A stretch of 64,000 nucleotides of DNA, taken from the NCBI RefSeq assembly GCF_018350175.1, contig NC_058381.1, positions 2,418,001-2,482,000 on the forward strand. The letters are read 5' to 3'. The notes below the pieces were generated by a model that saw nothing but the letters and a program-made list of their open reading frames with translations, made no database searches and had not been told where the DNA came from. Positions within the stretch are counted from its first letter, which is position 1. Each line of letters starts with the position of its first letter. Below are positions 13,601 through 25,739 of the stretch, in pieces. A program made the translations under genes and the position numbers. Origin of the DNA: Felis catus (taxonomy: Eukaryota).

Positions 13601-15089
13601 CTTCCAGACGCACAGGCTGTGCACGCACAAGAGTGCAAGACGTGGGTGCGTTCCGCGTTTTTGTTTTCCACTTTGCTGTGTACGTGAGAGCTTGTTTCTA
13701 CGATGGTGCACGTGTACGTTAGGTTTTGTCCGGTTTCTCTACCACAAACAGTCGTACAACGAAAAAACACACTGTTTTCGAGTGGGCCGCGAGGGGACCC
13801 CAACTCTCCGCCCCCGCAGAGTGCTGCCCCCACCCAGGTCGGATTTCTTTCCATCTCGTTTTCCCTTCCGAGACCCAAAGGGCTGGGTGGTCCACCCAAG
13901 GCCTTGCCAAAGTCCCGAAGCCAGTGGAGCCCGGAGTCCAGGTTCCTCGGGCTGTTGGCCATACAGGCTTTTGATTTTTTTTTTTTAACTAATTTCTGCA
14001 TTTACATTCGACTTCCCTAAATGGTCTGAGGCAGCTGCCATTGAGGTATCGGGAGGTATGTTTCCTTTTGCCACATTCTCTCCTGCATACAGGGGGGCCG
14101 GATGGTCTGGCCCATCAGAGCCAAGCCAGGACGGAGCGAAGCTGTCAGCTCGGGGCCAAGGCTACGGCAGGTGCCAAGGGCCAGGGGCCGACACGGCCGA
14201 GTCTGAGCTTCAGGCCAGAAGGCCAGAGGGTAGACTCACCTCCTGGCCCCCTCCTGACACCCAGTTCTTGTCTGGGCTCAATCTTCCTTACTTTGCGACA
14301 CGTATGTGACGGATGGAGAGCTGGGACGAAAGTCAAACCACGCGACCCAGGAATCTCTGAAACAGAGAAGGCGCAAAGGGCAAAGAAGCCGATGAAAGGC
14401 AGGCGACTGCCCACCGGGCCTTGAAATGCTGACCCCGCCTCCTCGCTCACGACATCCTCCCCCGTCTTCAAAGCTGGGTCCTCTTTCCCCTGTGGAAAGG
14501 AATGGAAGCTTCGAGGCGAGAGGAGGTCTGAATTCTGGCGCCTTCACTTCCAGTTTGTGGCATCTGAGCAAAATCACTCGTCTAATGCAGCAAATGTCCA
14601 CGGGATATACCTGGCGTGGGTAGGGCACTTGGCCGGGTTCGGGGACACAAAGGCAAATAGGTCACGGTTCCCGCACCCGGGAAGCTGACAGTAGGACGGC
14701 GGGGTGAGTGACATGATGGGGGTGGCGAGGGTCGGGCTGAGCGCGGGCAGCACAAGGCAGGGGGAGGCCCTAACCAGGGAGAGCACGGGACCCTGAAAAG
14801 GTCCCTTGGGGCACTCCTTGGGACCAGCCGAGGAAAAGCAGCCATTCATCCAACAAATACACAAAGTGCCTACCGCGCACCAAGCAGGGCGCTCGAGACA
14901 CAAGGGTGCTCAAGGCAGACACGTCCCCCGCGCTCAGGGAACTTGACATTCAAGTGAGGGAGACGGGCAGAAAATATAAACTGTGGTAAACAGTGGTAGA
15001 AACACAGTGTCGTGAATAGGCATACGGGGGAGGGGATGCGAACACGGGGCGGGTGATGAGGAGGAACCTGGAGGTGTCGGACCAGGATC

Positions 15090-16040
15090 ACGGGTGACAT
15101 TACACTTTTATTATATACTATTTACATATCCTACCTCTGTCTGACAAAGGAGCCTACGGTCAGTGACACTTCCAGGAGAACTGAGTTCTTCTGTGACCTT
15201 GGTTTCTCAATAACCTTGTCCGTGACAGGAAACAGAGTTCCTCGAAGAAATGGCTGCTGATCCCAGAGCTGGTGCTGCAGAAGGACGAAGCGTGCCTAGA
15301 ACATCGTATGGTGACAGAAGAGAGAAGGCAGGGACAGTGGGGGGGGGGGGGGGAGGAGGAGGACGAAGGCAGGAGGCGGGGAAGGAAGCACTCAGAAACT
15401 GTAGAGGACCTAGGAACCAGATGGAAAAGTTGGGAACAATATAAATATTAAAATGATAATAATTTAATGGGTTACAATACATTAAAAAATACAGGGGCGC
15501 CTGGGCGGCTCAGTCGTTTGAACTTCCGACCCTTGGTTTCCCCCCAGGTCATGATCTCCCGGTTCTTGCGTTGGTGGTGAAGAGCCTGCTTGGGTTTCTC
15601 TCTCTCCCCCTCCCCGCCCCCCACTTGCGCACGCGCTCGGTCTCTCTCAAAATAAAGCAATACAATTAAAAAAATAATAAAATACCCAAGTAAGGAGTGC
15701 ATGGTTGTGCTAAAAATAAAAACAAATAGATGGGGGAGAAGGGCGATTACTGTCGAATGTATTTAATACGTGTAGAGGGAGAAGTAAGAAATCTGATCTC
15801 AAACCAACAGAGCCATCGTTGATTCAGGCAAGAATCACTTACAGATGCTAAAATCTTTAGGTAGAAGTTTGATGGAGAACAGGATCCTGGAGAACAGGCT
15901 CAAATGTCTTTCCGCAGACTATTTGTTCATTGCAAAGACGATGGTGACTTTAGGGTAGAGAAGCCTGGTACACGTGACCTTGAGCAAGGGCATCAAAGTT
16001 AGCATCACCAGTAATGGAGTGAATTGATGTCCTGGGCTAG
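15090..16040 (+). mobile_element. L1MC-like 3'UTR fragments (host of later nested insertions)
   Basis: gattcaggcaagaatca...atgctaaaa...agtttgatg and caaagttagcatcaccagtaatgg motifs (recall). Confidence 0.55.
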
Positions 16041-16283
16041 GACATCAAATTTTTTTTTTTTTAATCTTTATTTATTTTTGAGAGAGAAAAAGCAGCAGCG
16101 GGGAGGGGCAGAGAGAGAGGGACCCAGAATCCGAAGCAGGTTCCAGGCTCCGAGCTGACAGCGCAGAGTCCGACGCGGGGTTCGAACCCGTGAACCGTGA
16201 GATCACCACCTGAGCCAAAGTCGGACCCTTGACTGAGCCACCCAGGCGCCCCAAAGATGAATAAATATTTAAAAATAAAATAA

Positions 16284-16545
16284 GGGGCGCCTGGGTGGCG
16301 CAGTCGGTTGAGCGTCCGACTTCAGCCAGGTCACGATCTCGCGGTCCGTGAGTTCTCGCGGTCCGTGAGTTCTCGCGGTCCGTGAGTTCGAGCCCCGCGT
16401 GGGGCTCTGGGCTGACGGCTCAGAGCCTGGAGCCCGTTTCCGATTCTGTGTCTCCCTCTCTCTCTGCCCCTCCCCCGTTCATGCTCTGTCTCTCTCTGTC
16501 CCAAAAAATAAATAAACGTTGAAAAAAAAAAATTTTTTTTTAAAA
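16284..16545 (+). mobile_element. Young SINEC_Fc-type CAN-SINE with internal 17-bp triplication
   Basis: TSD taaaaataaaataa; tctcgcggtccgtgagt x3 at 16337-16387. Confidence 0.9.
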
Positions 16546-16595
16546 ATAAAATAAAAATGCGCCACCTGAATTTAACCGTAAGAGAAAAATGAGGG

Positions 16596-18161
16596 GATGT
16601 TCTGTGCTCTTGTGATTTATAACAAATATAGAATTTCACTCTTGTCCTGATCTCTGGCACAGACCTCCTAAAACCCTTGGAACAATAAGGACAAGGGGAG
16701 CATCTGTTGGGCTCTTTGGGTTTGTCATCCGGGTTCCGGGGAAATCGCTCCCGAACCAAAAGAGGTGAAAGGCGTGTCGGGTGTCCTAACAGCCCCTGTC
16801 AACCGCACCCGACTTTATGTTAATGAATTAGATTAATAGAAGCTCTTAAAGGTGGGCTGGTGGCCAGGAGAAACCTGGCGATGATAGGGTTGGGACTTTC
16901 TCCCCCGCCTCCCACCTCCGGGGAGGGAAGAGGGACTAAAAGATTGAGTCCGGTCACCAAGGACTGGGGATTTAGCCCCCGGGGCCTCGTGTAATGAAGC
17001 CTCCATAAAACCCCCAGAGCCCCTGGGCTGGTGAACACGGGGAGGTGTGGGGAGGGGGGCGCCCCCCCTACACGCACCTCGCCCGGTGCACCTCTCCCTC
17101 TGCCTGTCCCGGAGTCGTGCCCTCTGGTAATAAAACCTTGGTAAGTGAACTGCGTTCTTGAGTTCTGTGAGCTGCTGGAACGGATTAATCAAACCCGAGG
17201 AGGAAGTCTTGGGAACCTCCGACAGCCCGTCAGCCAGAAGCACAGGGGCCAACTTGGACTTGTTGACTGTGTCTGGAGTGTGTGGGGGCGGGGAGAGCCC
17301 CTCCTTCACCTGCAGGCCCCACGGCTGTCTCTCAGAATGGAGTCGGTCATCTGATGAGGGAGCCTCGGGCCAGCCAGGGCCAAGTGCAAGCTAGCCCCGC
17401 CCAGCCCCCCAGATGGATGTGTGTGACATTCCTCAGGCACTCCCGGCCACCCGGCCACCGGAGAAGAAAGGAGAGGAAAGAAAACCGAATGGTTAACTGA
17501 TAGAGATTACGGTAATCGTGCCGGCCCTGAGTCTCCTCCCATCAGTTTACAAATACCGTAGTAAATACAAGAAAAAGGCAATCTTATCGATAGCCTCATC
17601 TCCAGACACCTGTAGACTCAGTTTCCCGGAGCCCCAGCATCACCCTCCCCTCCACGGTGATGTGGGGAACAGAGGCAGAAAAAAATGGCAGTGACGTTAA
17701 ATGTCGGATAACCGGCAGCCCACTGAGGCAAATCCAGAGAACATTTCTCCAGGAAGCCCCTACCGTCCTCCTGTCGATGCCTCACTGGAGGGGAAAACAG
17801 CCTTAGCCTGACAATGGCTGGGCCTTGGGTATCTTAGGAGTCCTCTTTGGCGCATCAAAGTCCTTCTGGAGACCTCCCGGACTCCTTAGAATATAAGCAG
17901 CCTTCACAGCCCCAGGGCAGCTCTTTCTCCCCAGGGGTGCTTTAATAAAATCACCATTTTTGCACCAAAGACGTCTCAAGAATTCTTCCTTGGGTCAGCT
18001 CAGCTCCGAACCCCCATCTCTCCAGAAACCCATCACATGTGTCGCTCAGTCGGTGTCGCAGAATTGGTCGATGGGTGGGAAACCCACGTACCTGCCGTCG
18101 GAAGTAAAGCCGTGTGGCACGTAGAGGAGACACACGCAGAAGTGAGTGGGTCCTTTACACA
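16596..18161 (+). mobile_element. MER21-like ERVL LTR, split by a nested younger LTR at 17352-18035
   Basis: ctcctaaaacccttggaa, gggttgggactttc, gtaatgaagcctccataaaa, gagttctgtgagc motifs; colinear continuation after 18036. Confidence 0.7.
17352..18035 (+). mobile_element. ERV1-class carnivore solo LTR (copy A)
   Basis: TGATG...CATCA termini, near-perfect 4-bp TSD catc/catg, TATAA 17892, AATAAA 17944; homologous to copy B. Confidence 0.85.
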
Positions 18162-18697
18162 GTCTAGAAAACAACAGACCTGTATTCAAAAATGTCAATG
18201 TCACAGGGGCCGGCTGACTCAGTCGGTTAAGCATCCAACTCTCGGTTTCAGTTCAGGACATGATCTCACGGTTCGTGAGATCGAGCCGCACGTCAGGCTC
18301 TGGGCTGAGAGCGTGAGCCTGCTTGGGATTCTCTCTCTCACTCTCTTTGCCCCTCCCCTGCTTGTGCTCCCTCTCTCTCTCTCCCTCCCTCAAAATAAAT
18401 AAATAACCCCCCCCCCCAAAAAGAATCAATGTCACAGGGGCACCTGGCTGGCTCAAGCTGGTAGAATACGGAGTGCTTGATCTTGGGGTTGTGTTGGGAG
18501 TTCGAGCCCCATGTTGGGTGCAGAGGTCACTAAAAATAAAAGACAAACTTAAAAAACATTTTAGGGGTGCCTGGGTGACTCAGTGGGTTAAGTGTCTGAC
18601 TTTTGCTCACGTCGTGATCTCATTGTTCATGGGTTCAAGCCCTGCATTGGGCTCCGTGCTGACAGCTGAGAGCCTGGAGCCTGCTTCTGATTCTGTG

Positions 18698-18739
<42 letters not shown>

Positions 18740-18885
18740 CCTCCCCTACTTGTGTGCATGCGAGCACTCCCTCCCTCTCTCTCTTAAAATAAATAAATTA
18801 AAATTTTTTTCTTTTAAAGCATTCCCAGTGTAAAATACTCTAGGGTGAATTCAGCGATCAATTATGGAATGTGTATGTAAACTCT

Positions 18886-19470
18886 TGTTAAAAAACAAAT
18901 TGCAACCAAGTAAATTTGAAGAGCTCATTGGCATTATTACTTTTTATTTATTTATTTATTTATTTATTTAATGTTTTATTTATTTTTGAGAGAGAGAGAG
19001 AGAGAGAGAGACAGAGTACAAGCGGGGGAGGGGCAGAGAGCGAGGGACACAGAATCTGAAGCAGGCTCCAGGCTCGGAGCCATCAGCACAGAGCCTGATG
19101 CAGGGCTCGAACCAGCAAACTATGAGATCGTGACCTGAGCCGAAGTCAGACGCTTAACCGACTGAGCCAACCAGGCACCCCCACTTTTTTTTTTCTTTTT
19201 ATGTAATCTCTTAGCTCCACGTGGGGCTCAAACCCAGGACTCAGAGATCAAGAGTCACAGCCAGGGGTCCCTCTCATTGGTTTCATTAAAGAGAAACCAT
19301 TCACGAATGGGGCAGCAGGACGGGACCCAGCAAGGAGAGAGACACGGGGAAGGGTAGTACAAAATAGAAGGCTTTTATAGGAGGAGGGTGGGGCCAGAAA
19401 GTTATTGGCAAAAGAAAGGATTGTTCCAGGCAGGCCTGCTTTCTCGGGTGGCGGGGGAGTGGGGAGCAAG
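18886..19470 (-). mobile_element. MER4-group (MER34-like) LTR fragment interrupted by SINEs
   Basis: tgttaaaaaacaaattgcaaccaagtaaatttgaag... is the reverse complement of a typical LTR 3' end; TATA-like cttttatag. Family uncertain. Confidence 0.45.
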
Positions 19471-21130
19471 GTGTCTCACTGTGCACAGGGCCTCATCCTT
19501 CCCTGAACGACAGGGATGAGGAAGGGGGGTGGTGGCCCTCTCCCGCCACACCCCAAATCCCTGGATGACGTTAGGACTACATTTCTGGGGGAGCTTAAAA
19601 GAAATGTCGTACAGAACACTGCTTTGGGGACTCTGAGTGATACCATTTGGGGCCTGCGATGTCTTTTTTAACACGTTCAACAAACTTTTGCTGGCACGGA
19701 AAATACGAGGCCAGCGGAACGTTCCCAGCCCCCACCCTTACAGACCGTGGGAAATTCCTTCTCTGCACATAAGCGATATCAATCAAACTGGGCCTCTAAA
19801 AACAAAACAAAACAAAAAAGCAAAACAAACAACAACAACAAAAACCCCCAAACCCCCAAAGCCTTATTTTCTCTCGTGATAATGGTAGAAAATTTGAGAA
19901 GAAAAGCGTAAAAAGCCAGAGGAAAACAAATCACAGTGACGGATTTCCTTTCGGTATTTTTCCTACGATTCCCTCTTTTCCCCAGTCGCTTCCACTTGGT
20001 GTCCAAAAAAATGCAAGTTAATTCTCTCATTGGCCACAAACCAAGAGCAAAAAGGTTAAACGTACTGAATGAATTTTTCAAGCCAAAGTTAAAGGCTCAG
20101 GGGGTGATGTGCGGTCTCCAAGGGTCCAATCCCTGTTTTTTTCCATTAGCAGGTGTGACCCCAGGCCTGGTGGAGGCCACATGGCTCTCCCCCGCTCAGC
20201 AAGATTCCTGCTTTCTTTTGCAATTTTTTTTTCTTTCTACAAACTGAAATGCTGCGTTCACTTGATAGCAAATCCAGCAGAACAGAGATTTCCATGGAAA
20301 ACAACACTGCCTCACGCCTTCCCATCCAGTCTCACCCCGCCCCACCCCTTCGACCTAGACACAAGCACCGTTAAAGGTTCCTGTTCCTGCTTCTTCTGGA
20401 AGTTATTTCCGAAACCCTAGCTAAAACGAGCGTACTTGGATTTGTTTTCTATATTGCCTTTAGCGAATATTGACTTTCCGACACACAACGTGAGGCCTTT
20501 AACTCACCCCTACTTCTTCGTCCCCTTTTTCCAGTGATCACTAGTTGTATAAATATTTTTGTTTTTGTATTACTCATTTCTCTTAAAGAGGTGAGCCTCT
20601 GTTCTAATTTTCTCAGTGTCTTTGGCGAGAGAAGCCAGCTCGTAACTCCTCTTTCTCCACTTCCACAGGCAACCTCTTCTTGCCTCACAGTTACAAAGTT
20701 AAGATTTTGAGTATCAACAGTCTTTCCTGCAACCATAACCAAGTGTTCTGGAATTTTCTACAGGTTGACTCTAAAACACAAGCCGTGCGTGTCCTACTTC
20801 CTGCATGCAATCCTACAGTCCAGGAGAACGTTTCAAGCATTCAAGGTCATTCATTAAAAGTGTATCAGTTAGGGGCACCTGAGTGGCTCAGTCAGTTAAG
20901 CTCCTAACTCTTGATCTCAGCGTCCTGGGTTCAGGCCCTGCATTCGGCTCTGTNNNNNNNNNNNNNNNNNNNNNNNNNNNNNNNNNNNNNNNNNNNNNNN
21001 NNNNNNNNNNNNNNNNNNNNNNNNNNNNNNNNNNNNNNNNNNNNNNNNNNNNNNNNNNNNNNNNNNNNNNNNNNNNNNNNNNNNNNNNNNNNNNNNNNNN
21101 CACGTGGATCCCTATCTTATTTTTCATTTC

Positions 21131-21373
21131 AATGAAGAGTTTCGGGGCGCCTGGGTGGCGCAGTCGGTTAAGCGTCCGACTTCAGCCAGGTCACGATCTC
21201 GCGGTCCGTGAGTTCGAGCCCCGCGTCGGGCTCTGGGCTGATGGCTCAGAGCCTGGAGCCTGTTTCCGATTCTGTGTCTCCCTCCCTCTCTGCCCCTCCC
21301 CCGTTCATGCTCTGTCTCTCTCTGTCCCAAAAATAAATAAACGTTGAAAAAAAAAATTTAAATGAAGAGTTTC
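21131..21373 (+). mobile_element. Young SINEC_Fc-type CAN-SINE with TSD aatgaagagtttc
   Basis: Near-identical to other young copies; perfect TSD. Confidence 0.92.
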
Positions 21374-24300
21374 TTGGGGCACCCAGCTGGCTCAGTCAAT
21401 GGAGCATGTGACTCTTGATCTCTGGGTGGTGAGTTCAAACCTCACATTGGGAGTAGAGATTACTTAAAAATAAAATCTTAGCAGCACTCAGCTGGCTCAG
21501 TCAGAAGAACAATTCTTGATCTTGGAGTCGTGAGTTCGAGTCCCATGCTGGGTGTGGAGATTACTAAAAAAATAAATTAAGAAAGAGTTTCTTCTTCAGT
21601 TTTGGAATTTTTCTACTAGAGATTCTAATTGTTTTTCTTTCTTCTTGTACTCTGGGTGGCTCAGTTGGTTAAGTGTCTGACTTTGGCTTGGGTCGTGATC
21701 TCACAGTTTGTGGGTTCGAGCCCCGCGTCGGGCTCTGTGCTGACAGCTGGGAGCCTGGAGCCTGCTTCGGATTCTGTGTCTCCCTCCCTCTCTGCCCCTC
21801 CACCACTCATGCTCTGTCTCTCAAAAATGAATAAATATTTTTTAAAAATTAAAACAAAATAAAGATAAAGTTTATTTAAAACCTCAGGGCACCTGGGTGA
21901 CCAGTTGGTTGGGCATGGGACTCTTGATCTCAGCCCAGGTCATGATCTCACAGTTCATGAGTTCGAGCCCCACACTGGGCTTTGCACTGACAGTGCTGAG
22001 CTGTTTGAGATTCTCTCTCTCCCTCTTTCTCTGTCCCTCCCCTGCACATGTGTGCATGCTCTCTCTCTAAATAAAAATAAACATTTTTAAAAAATAAATA
22101 AAGCGGGGCGCCAGGGTGGCTTGGTCGGTTAAGCATCCGACTTCGGCTCAGGTCATGATCTCATGGTCCATGAGTTTGAGCCCCGCGTCGGGCTCTGTGC
22201 TGACAGCTCAGAGCCTGGAGCCTGCTTCCGATTCTGTGTCTCCCTCTCTCTCTGACCCTCCCCCGTTCATGCTCTGTCTCTCTCTGTCTCAAAAATAAAT
22301 AAACATTAAAAAAAAGAGAAACTTTTAACATCTTCCCTTTATTCCTGATGTTGTGAAATTTCACGAGGAAGTATCTACACATAGATAATTTTTCATTCAT
22401 TAGCTTGAGCACACAACAGACCCGTCCAGAATGAAGACAAGCCTTTCAGTTCTGGAAATTATCTCTGATCGTTTCCTAAGATATTTTTCTTCCCTCCCTT
22501 TTATTCAAATTCATTTTCTAGGATTCCTACTAACCGTATAGTCCTCCTGGATTGGTCCTCTGTGTTTTCTTCTCTCCCTGATTTCCCACTTCTCATCTTT
22601 TTTGCTCTATACAGTTGTTTTCCTCAACTCTGGTTTTGTCTTTTTTTTAAGATTTTAATTTTAAGTGATCTCTACGCCCAACGTGGGGCTCAAACTTACA
22701 ACAGCAAAAACAAAACAAAAAACAAAAAAAAACCCTTACAACCACGAGATCAAGAGTCACGTGCTCCACTAACTGAGCCAGCCAGGTCTCTGTTTTTAAT
22801 CTTTCTGTGAAACATTTTATTTTTATGGTGCCGCCTGGCTCGCTTAGTTGGAAGAGTGTGCAACTCTTGATCTTGGGGTGTGGGTTTGAGCCCCAGGTTG
22901 AGTGTAGAGATTACTAAAAAAAAATAAAAATTGTAAACAATTAAAAAGAGGCACCTGGTGGCTCAGTCGGTTGAGTCCAACTCTTGGTCTCAGCTCAGGT
23001 CTTGATTTCAGGGTTGTGAGTTCAAGCCCTGCATTGGGCTCTGCACTGGCATGAAACCTACTTAAAATTATTTTATTTTCTTTTGCAACCATGTTTTTAG
23101 CCACTGGGAAATATTGCTTTCTGATTGTTCCTTTTTCATGTAGTATCTACTTCTTATGTTATGAATGTTTTGTCTTCTTCAATCTCTTTAAGGGACGCCT
23201 GGGGGGCTCAGTCGGTTAAGCATCTAACTTCCGCTTTGGCTCTCTCTCTCTGCCCCTCCCCTGCTCGTGCTCTGTCTCTGTCTCTCTCTCTCTCAAAAAT
23301 AAATTTAAAAAAATAATAATAAAAAACATTAAAAACAACAACAAAAAACAATCAGGGGCACCTGGCTGGCTCGTCGGGTAGAGCATGTAACTCCTGACCT
23401 CAAGGACGTGAGTTTGAGCCCCGTTTGGGGTGCAGAGATTACCTTAAAAAAAAAAAGGCTAAAACAAATCAGCTGATTATCAATAGAAATATCAACTGAC
23501 CGTTTACACTTTAAGACTATTTGAGCCTCTCACCTTGTTGTGTAAATTCTCCATGATTCCACCCTAACCCTTACCTACCTTAATCAACAACCCCTGTTCC
23601 TGCCCCTGCATGGGAACACCTGCTTGAAACCAGACTTCCAGGTCTCAATAAATGTCATGGGCTTGCCCATTTCCCTATGAGGTGTCAGACCTTTGAGGGG
23701 CAAGCAATAAAGTCTAATTTGTCTTCTCAACAGTTTGTTCTAATGACGTTTGGGGAACCAGCATTTGACAAGGTGCTGGGAACATAGTGAATAAAGTCCT
23801 CATAGAATTTACCTTCTAGAAATAGACGCTTCTTCTAGAAGCAGAAGCCAGAAAATGTATAATTTTATACTTTACAATGTAGATGGGGAGATAGTAGCCA
23901 ATCTATCATTATAAATTGTGAGAGCTGAGAAACCGATAAGCGGTACCAGAACAGAGAATGAGGGAAGTTTGGATCCTGTTTAGAAAAGATCTGGAAAACC
24001 CTCCAAAATGACTTTGAGCTGGGGTGGTCTGAGTGTCCCAAGTATGGGGAATAAAAGTGATGAGACCCTGAAGGAGGAAGGTAGGTCAGCAGGTTCCAGA
24101 ACAAAAGGGCAGGACGACACAGAGCCTCAAGGCAGAAGGTTCTCCACACACTTCCCTTAGAATCACTGCTTTACCCTATTTAATTATTCCTCTTGCAACA
24201 GAATTGTTTGCTAATCCTTTTTCACAGCAAATGTGCTGAAGTGAATGTTAACAGGTGAAATGCATTCTTTTTAGTTTTTTTTTTATTTATTTATTTTGAG

Positions 24301-24733
24301 AGCGAGGGAGAGAGACAGTCCTAGTGAGGGGAGGAAAGAGAGAGGAAGAGAGAGAATCTCAAGCAGGCTTTGCACGCTCACCGAGGAGCCCGGCGAGGGG
24401 CTCGAACGCAGGAAACCGTGAGATCATGACAGGAGCTGAAACCAAGAATCCGAGGCGCCCCATGTGTTAAATGCATTCTTGAGGGTCCGGCTTTTACCAA
24501 ATTCATTTATAGGGCTCTCCTAGCTCTCCTTGAGTTCATTTAGGCCCTGTGATTACCGGAAGCAGCCCGTGTGTTTCCAGACACATGCATTTGGGGAACA
24601 CTAACGGGGCGGAGGATGACGCAACCCACCGCCAGATGCTCACGTTTTTTAACTGACCACCAACCGATCTGCCCCGAGTAGTGAAAACAGGACCCGCGTT
24701 AACCATGTCCTCAGGTTCTTTTCCAGTTCCTCG

Positions 24734-25701
24734 TGATGGGCTTTTGAAGAGGGAAGGGGGTTCAGAGCTGAGCTGACAGCCAAGAAAGAATTCTTGAGAC
24801 ATCATTGGTGCAAAACAAGATGATTTTATTAAAGCACGGGGACAGGACCCCTGGGTAGAAAGAGCTGCCCCGGGGGGTTGTGAAGGCTGCTTATATACTA
24901 AGGCGTTGGGGAGGTGAAGACCAAAGGGAGGTTTCCAGAAGGACTTTGATGCGCCAGAGAGGACTCCTAAGATACCCAAGGCCCAGCCATTGTCAGGCTA
25001 AGGCTGTTTTCCCCTCCAGTGAGGCATCGACAGGAGGACGGTAGGGGCTTCCTGGAGAAATGTTCTCTGGATTTGCCTCAGTGGGCTGCCGGTTATCCGG
25101 ACATTTAATGTCACCTGCCATTTCCTTCTTTTTTTTTTTTTTAATTTTTAATGTTTTATTTTACACTTGAGACAGAGAGAGAGAGCAGGGGAGGGGAGGG
25201 GCAGAGAGACGCAGACAGAATCTGAAGCAGGCTCCAAGGCTCGGAGCTGTCAGCACAGAGTTCCAAGCAAGGCTTGAACTCACAATGAGCTCATGACCTG
25301 ACCCCAAGTCGGAGGCTTAATCCACGGAGCCACCCAGGCGCCCCATACCTATTTCCTTCTCGCCTGTGTTCCCCACATCACTAGGGAGGGGAGGGTGATG
25401 CTGGGGCCCCAGGAAACTGAGTCTACAGGTGTCTGGAGATGAGGCTATCGATAAGATTGCCTTTTTCTTGTATTTTACTAAAATATTTACAGGCTGATGG
25501 GAGACTCAGGTCCTGCACGACTGTGATCTCTATCAGTTAACCATTCGTTTTTCTTTCCTCTCCTTTGTTCTCAGGCGGCCGGGAGTGCCTGAGGAATAGC
25601 ACACACATCCCATCTCGGGGGTGGGGGCAGGGGAGGGCGGGGAGGGGGGGGATCGTGCTGGCTTGCGCTTGGCCCTCAATGGGCCTTAGGCTCTCTCATC
25701 A
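24734..25701 (-). mobile_element. ERV1-class carnivore solo LTR (copy B), interrupted by a SINE (~25128-25343)
   Basis: Reverse-complement homolog of copy A with TGATG/CATCA termini and TSD ctcg/cttg; minus-strand TATA ~24891-24897 and AATAAA 24825-24830. Confidence 0.85.
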
Positions 25702-25739
25702 CTTGCACGGAAGTACCGGCCTGCGGTGCAGCCGATAAA

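Larger units (their letters stand above)
1..25350. repeat. Intergenic block with dozens of CAN-SINE copies in both orientations, plus MIR/L2/MER5-like relics
   Basis: Recurrent ggggcgcctgggtggctcagtcggtt...gttcgagcccc...(ct)n...aataaa units (e.g. 2960-3202, 8490-8690, 9554-9755, 12044-12265, 18563-18800, 22105-22315). Many short ORFs in the track are SINE-derived. Confidence 0.9.

Noticed and set aside
2937-23316. Recurrent similar short ORFs (AQSVKRPTSAQV..., ETEHERGRGRE...)
   Set aside because: Translations of CAN-SINE copies, not a gene family.
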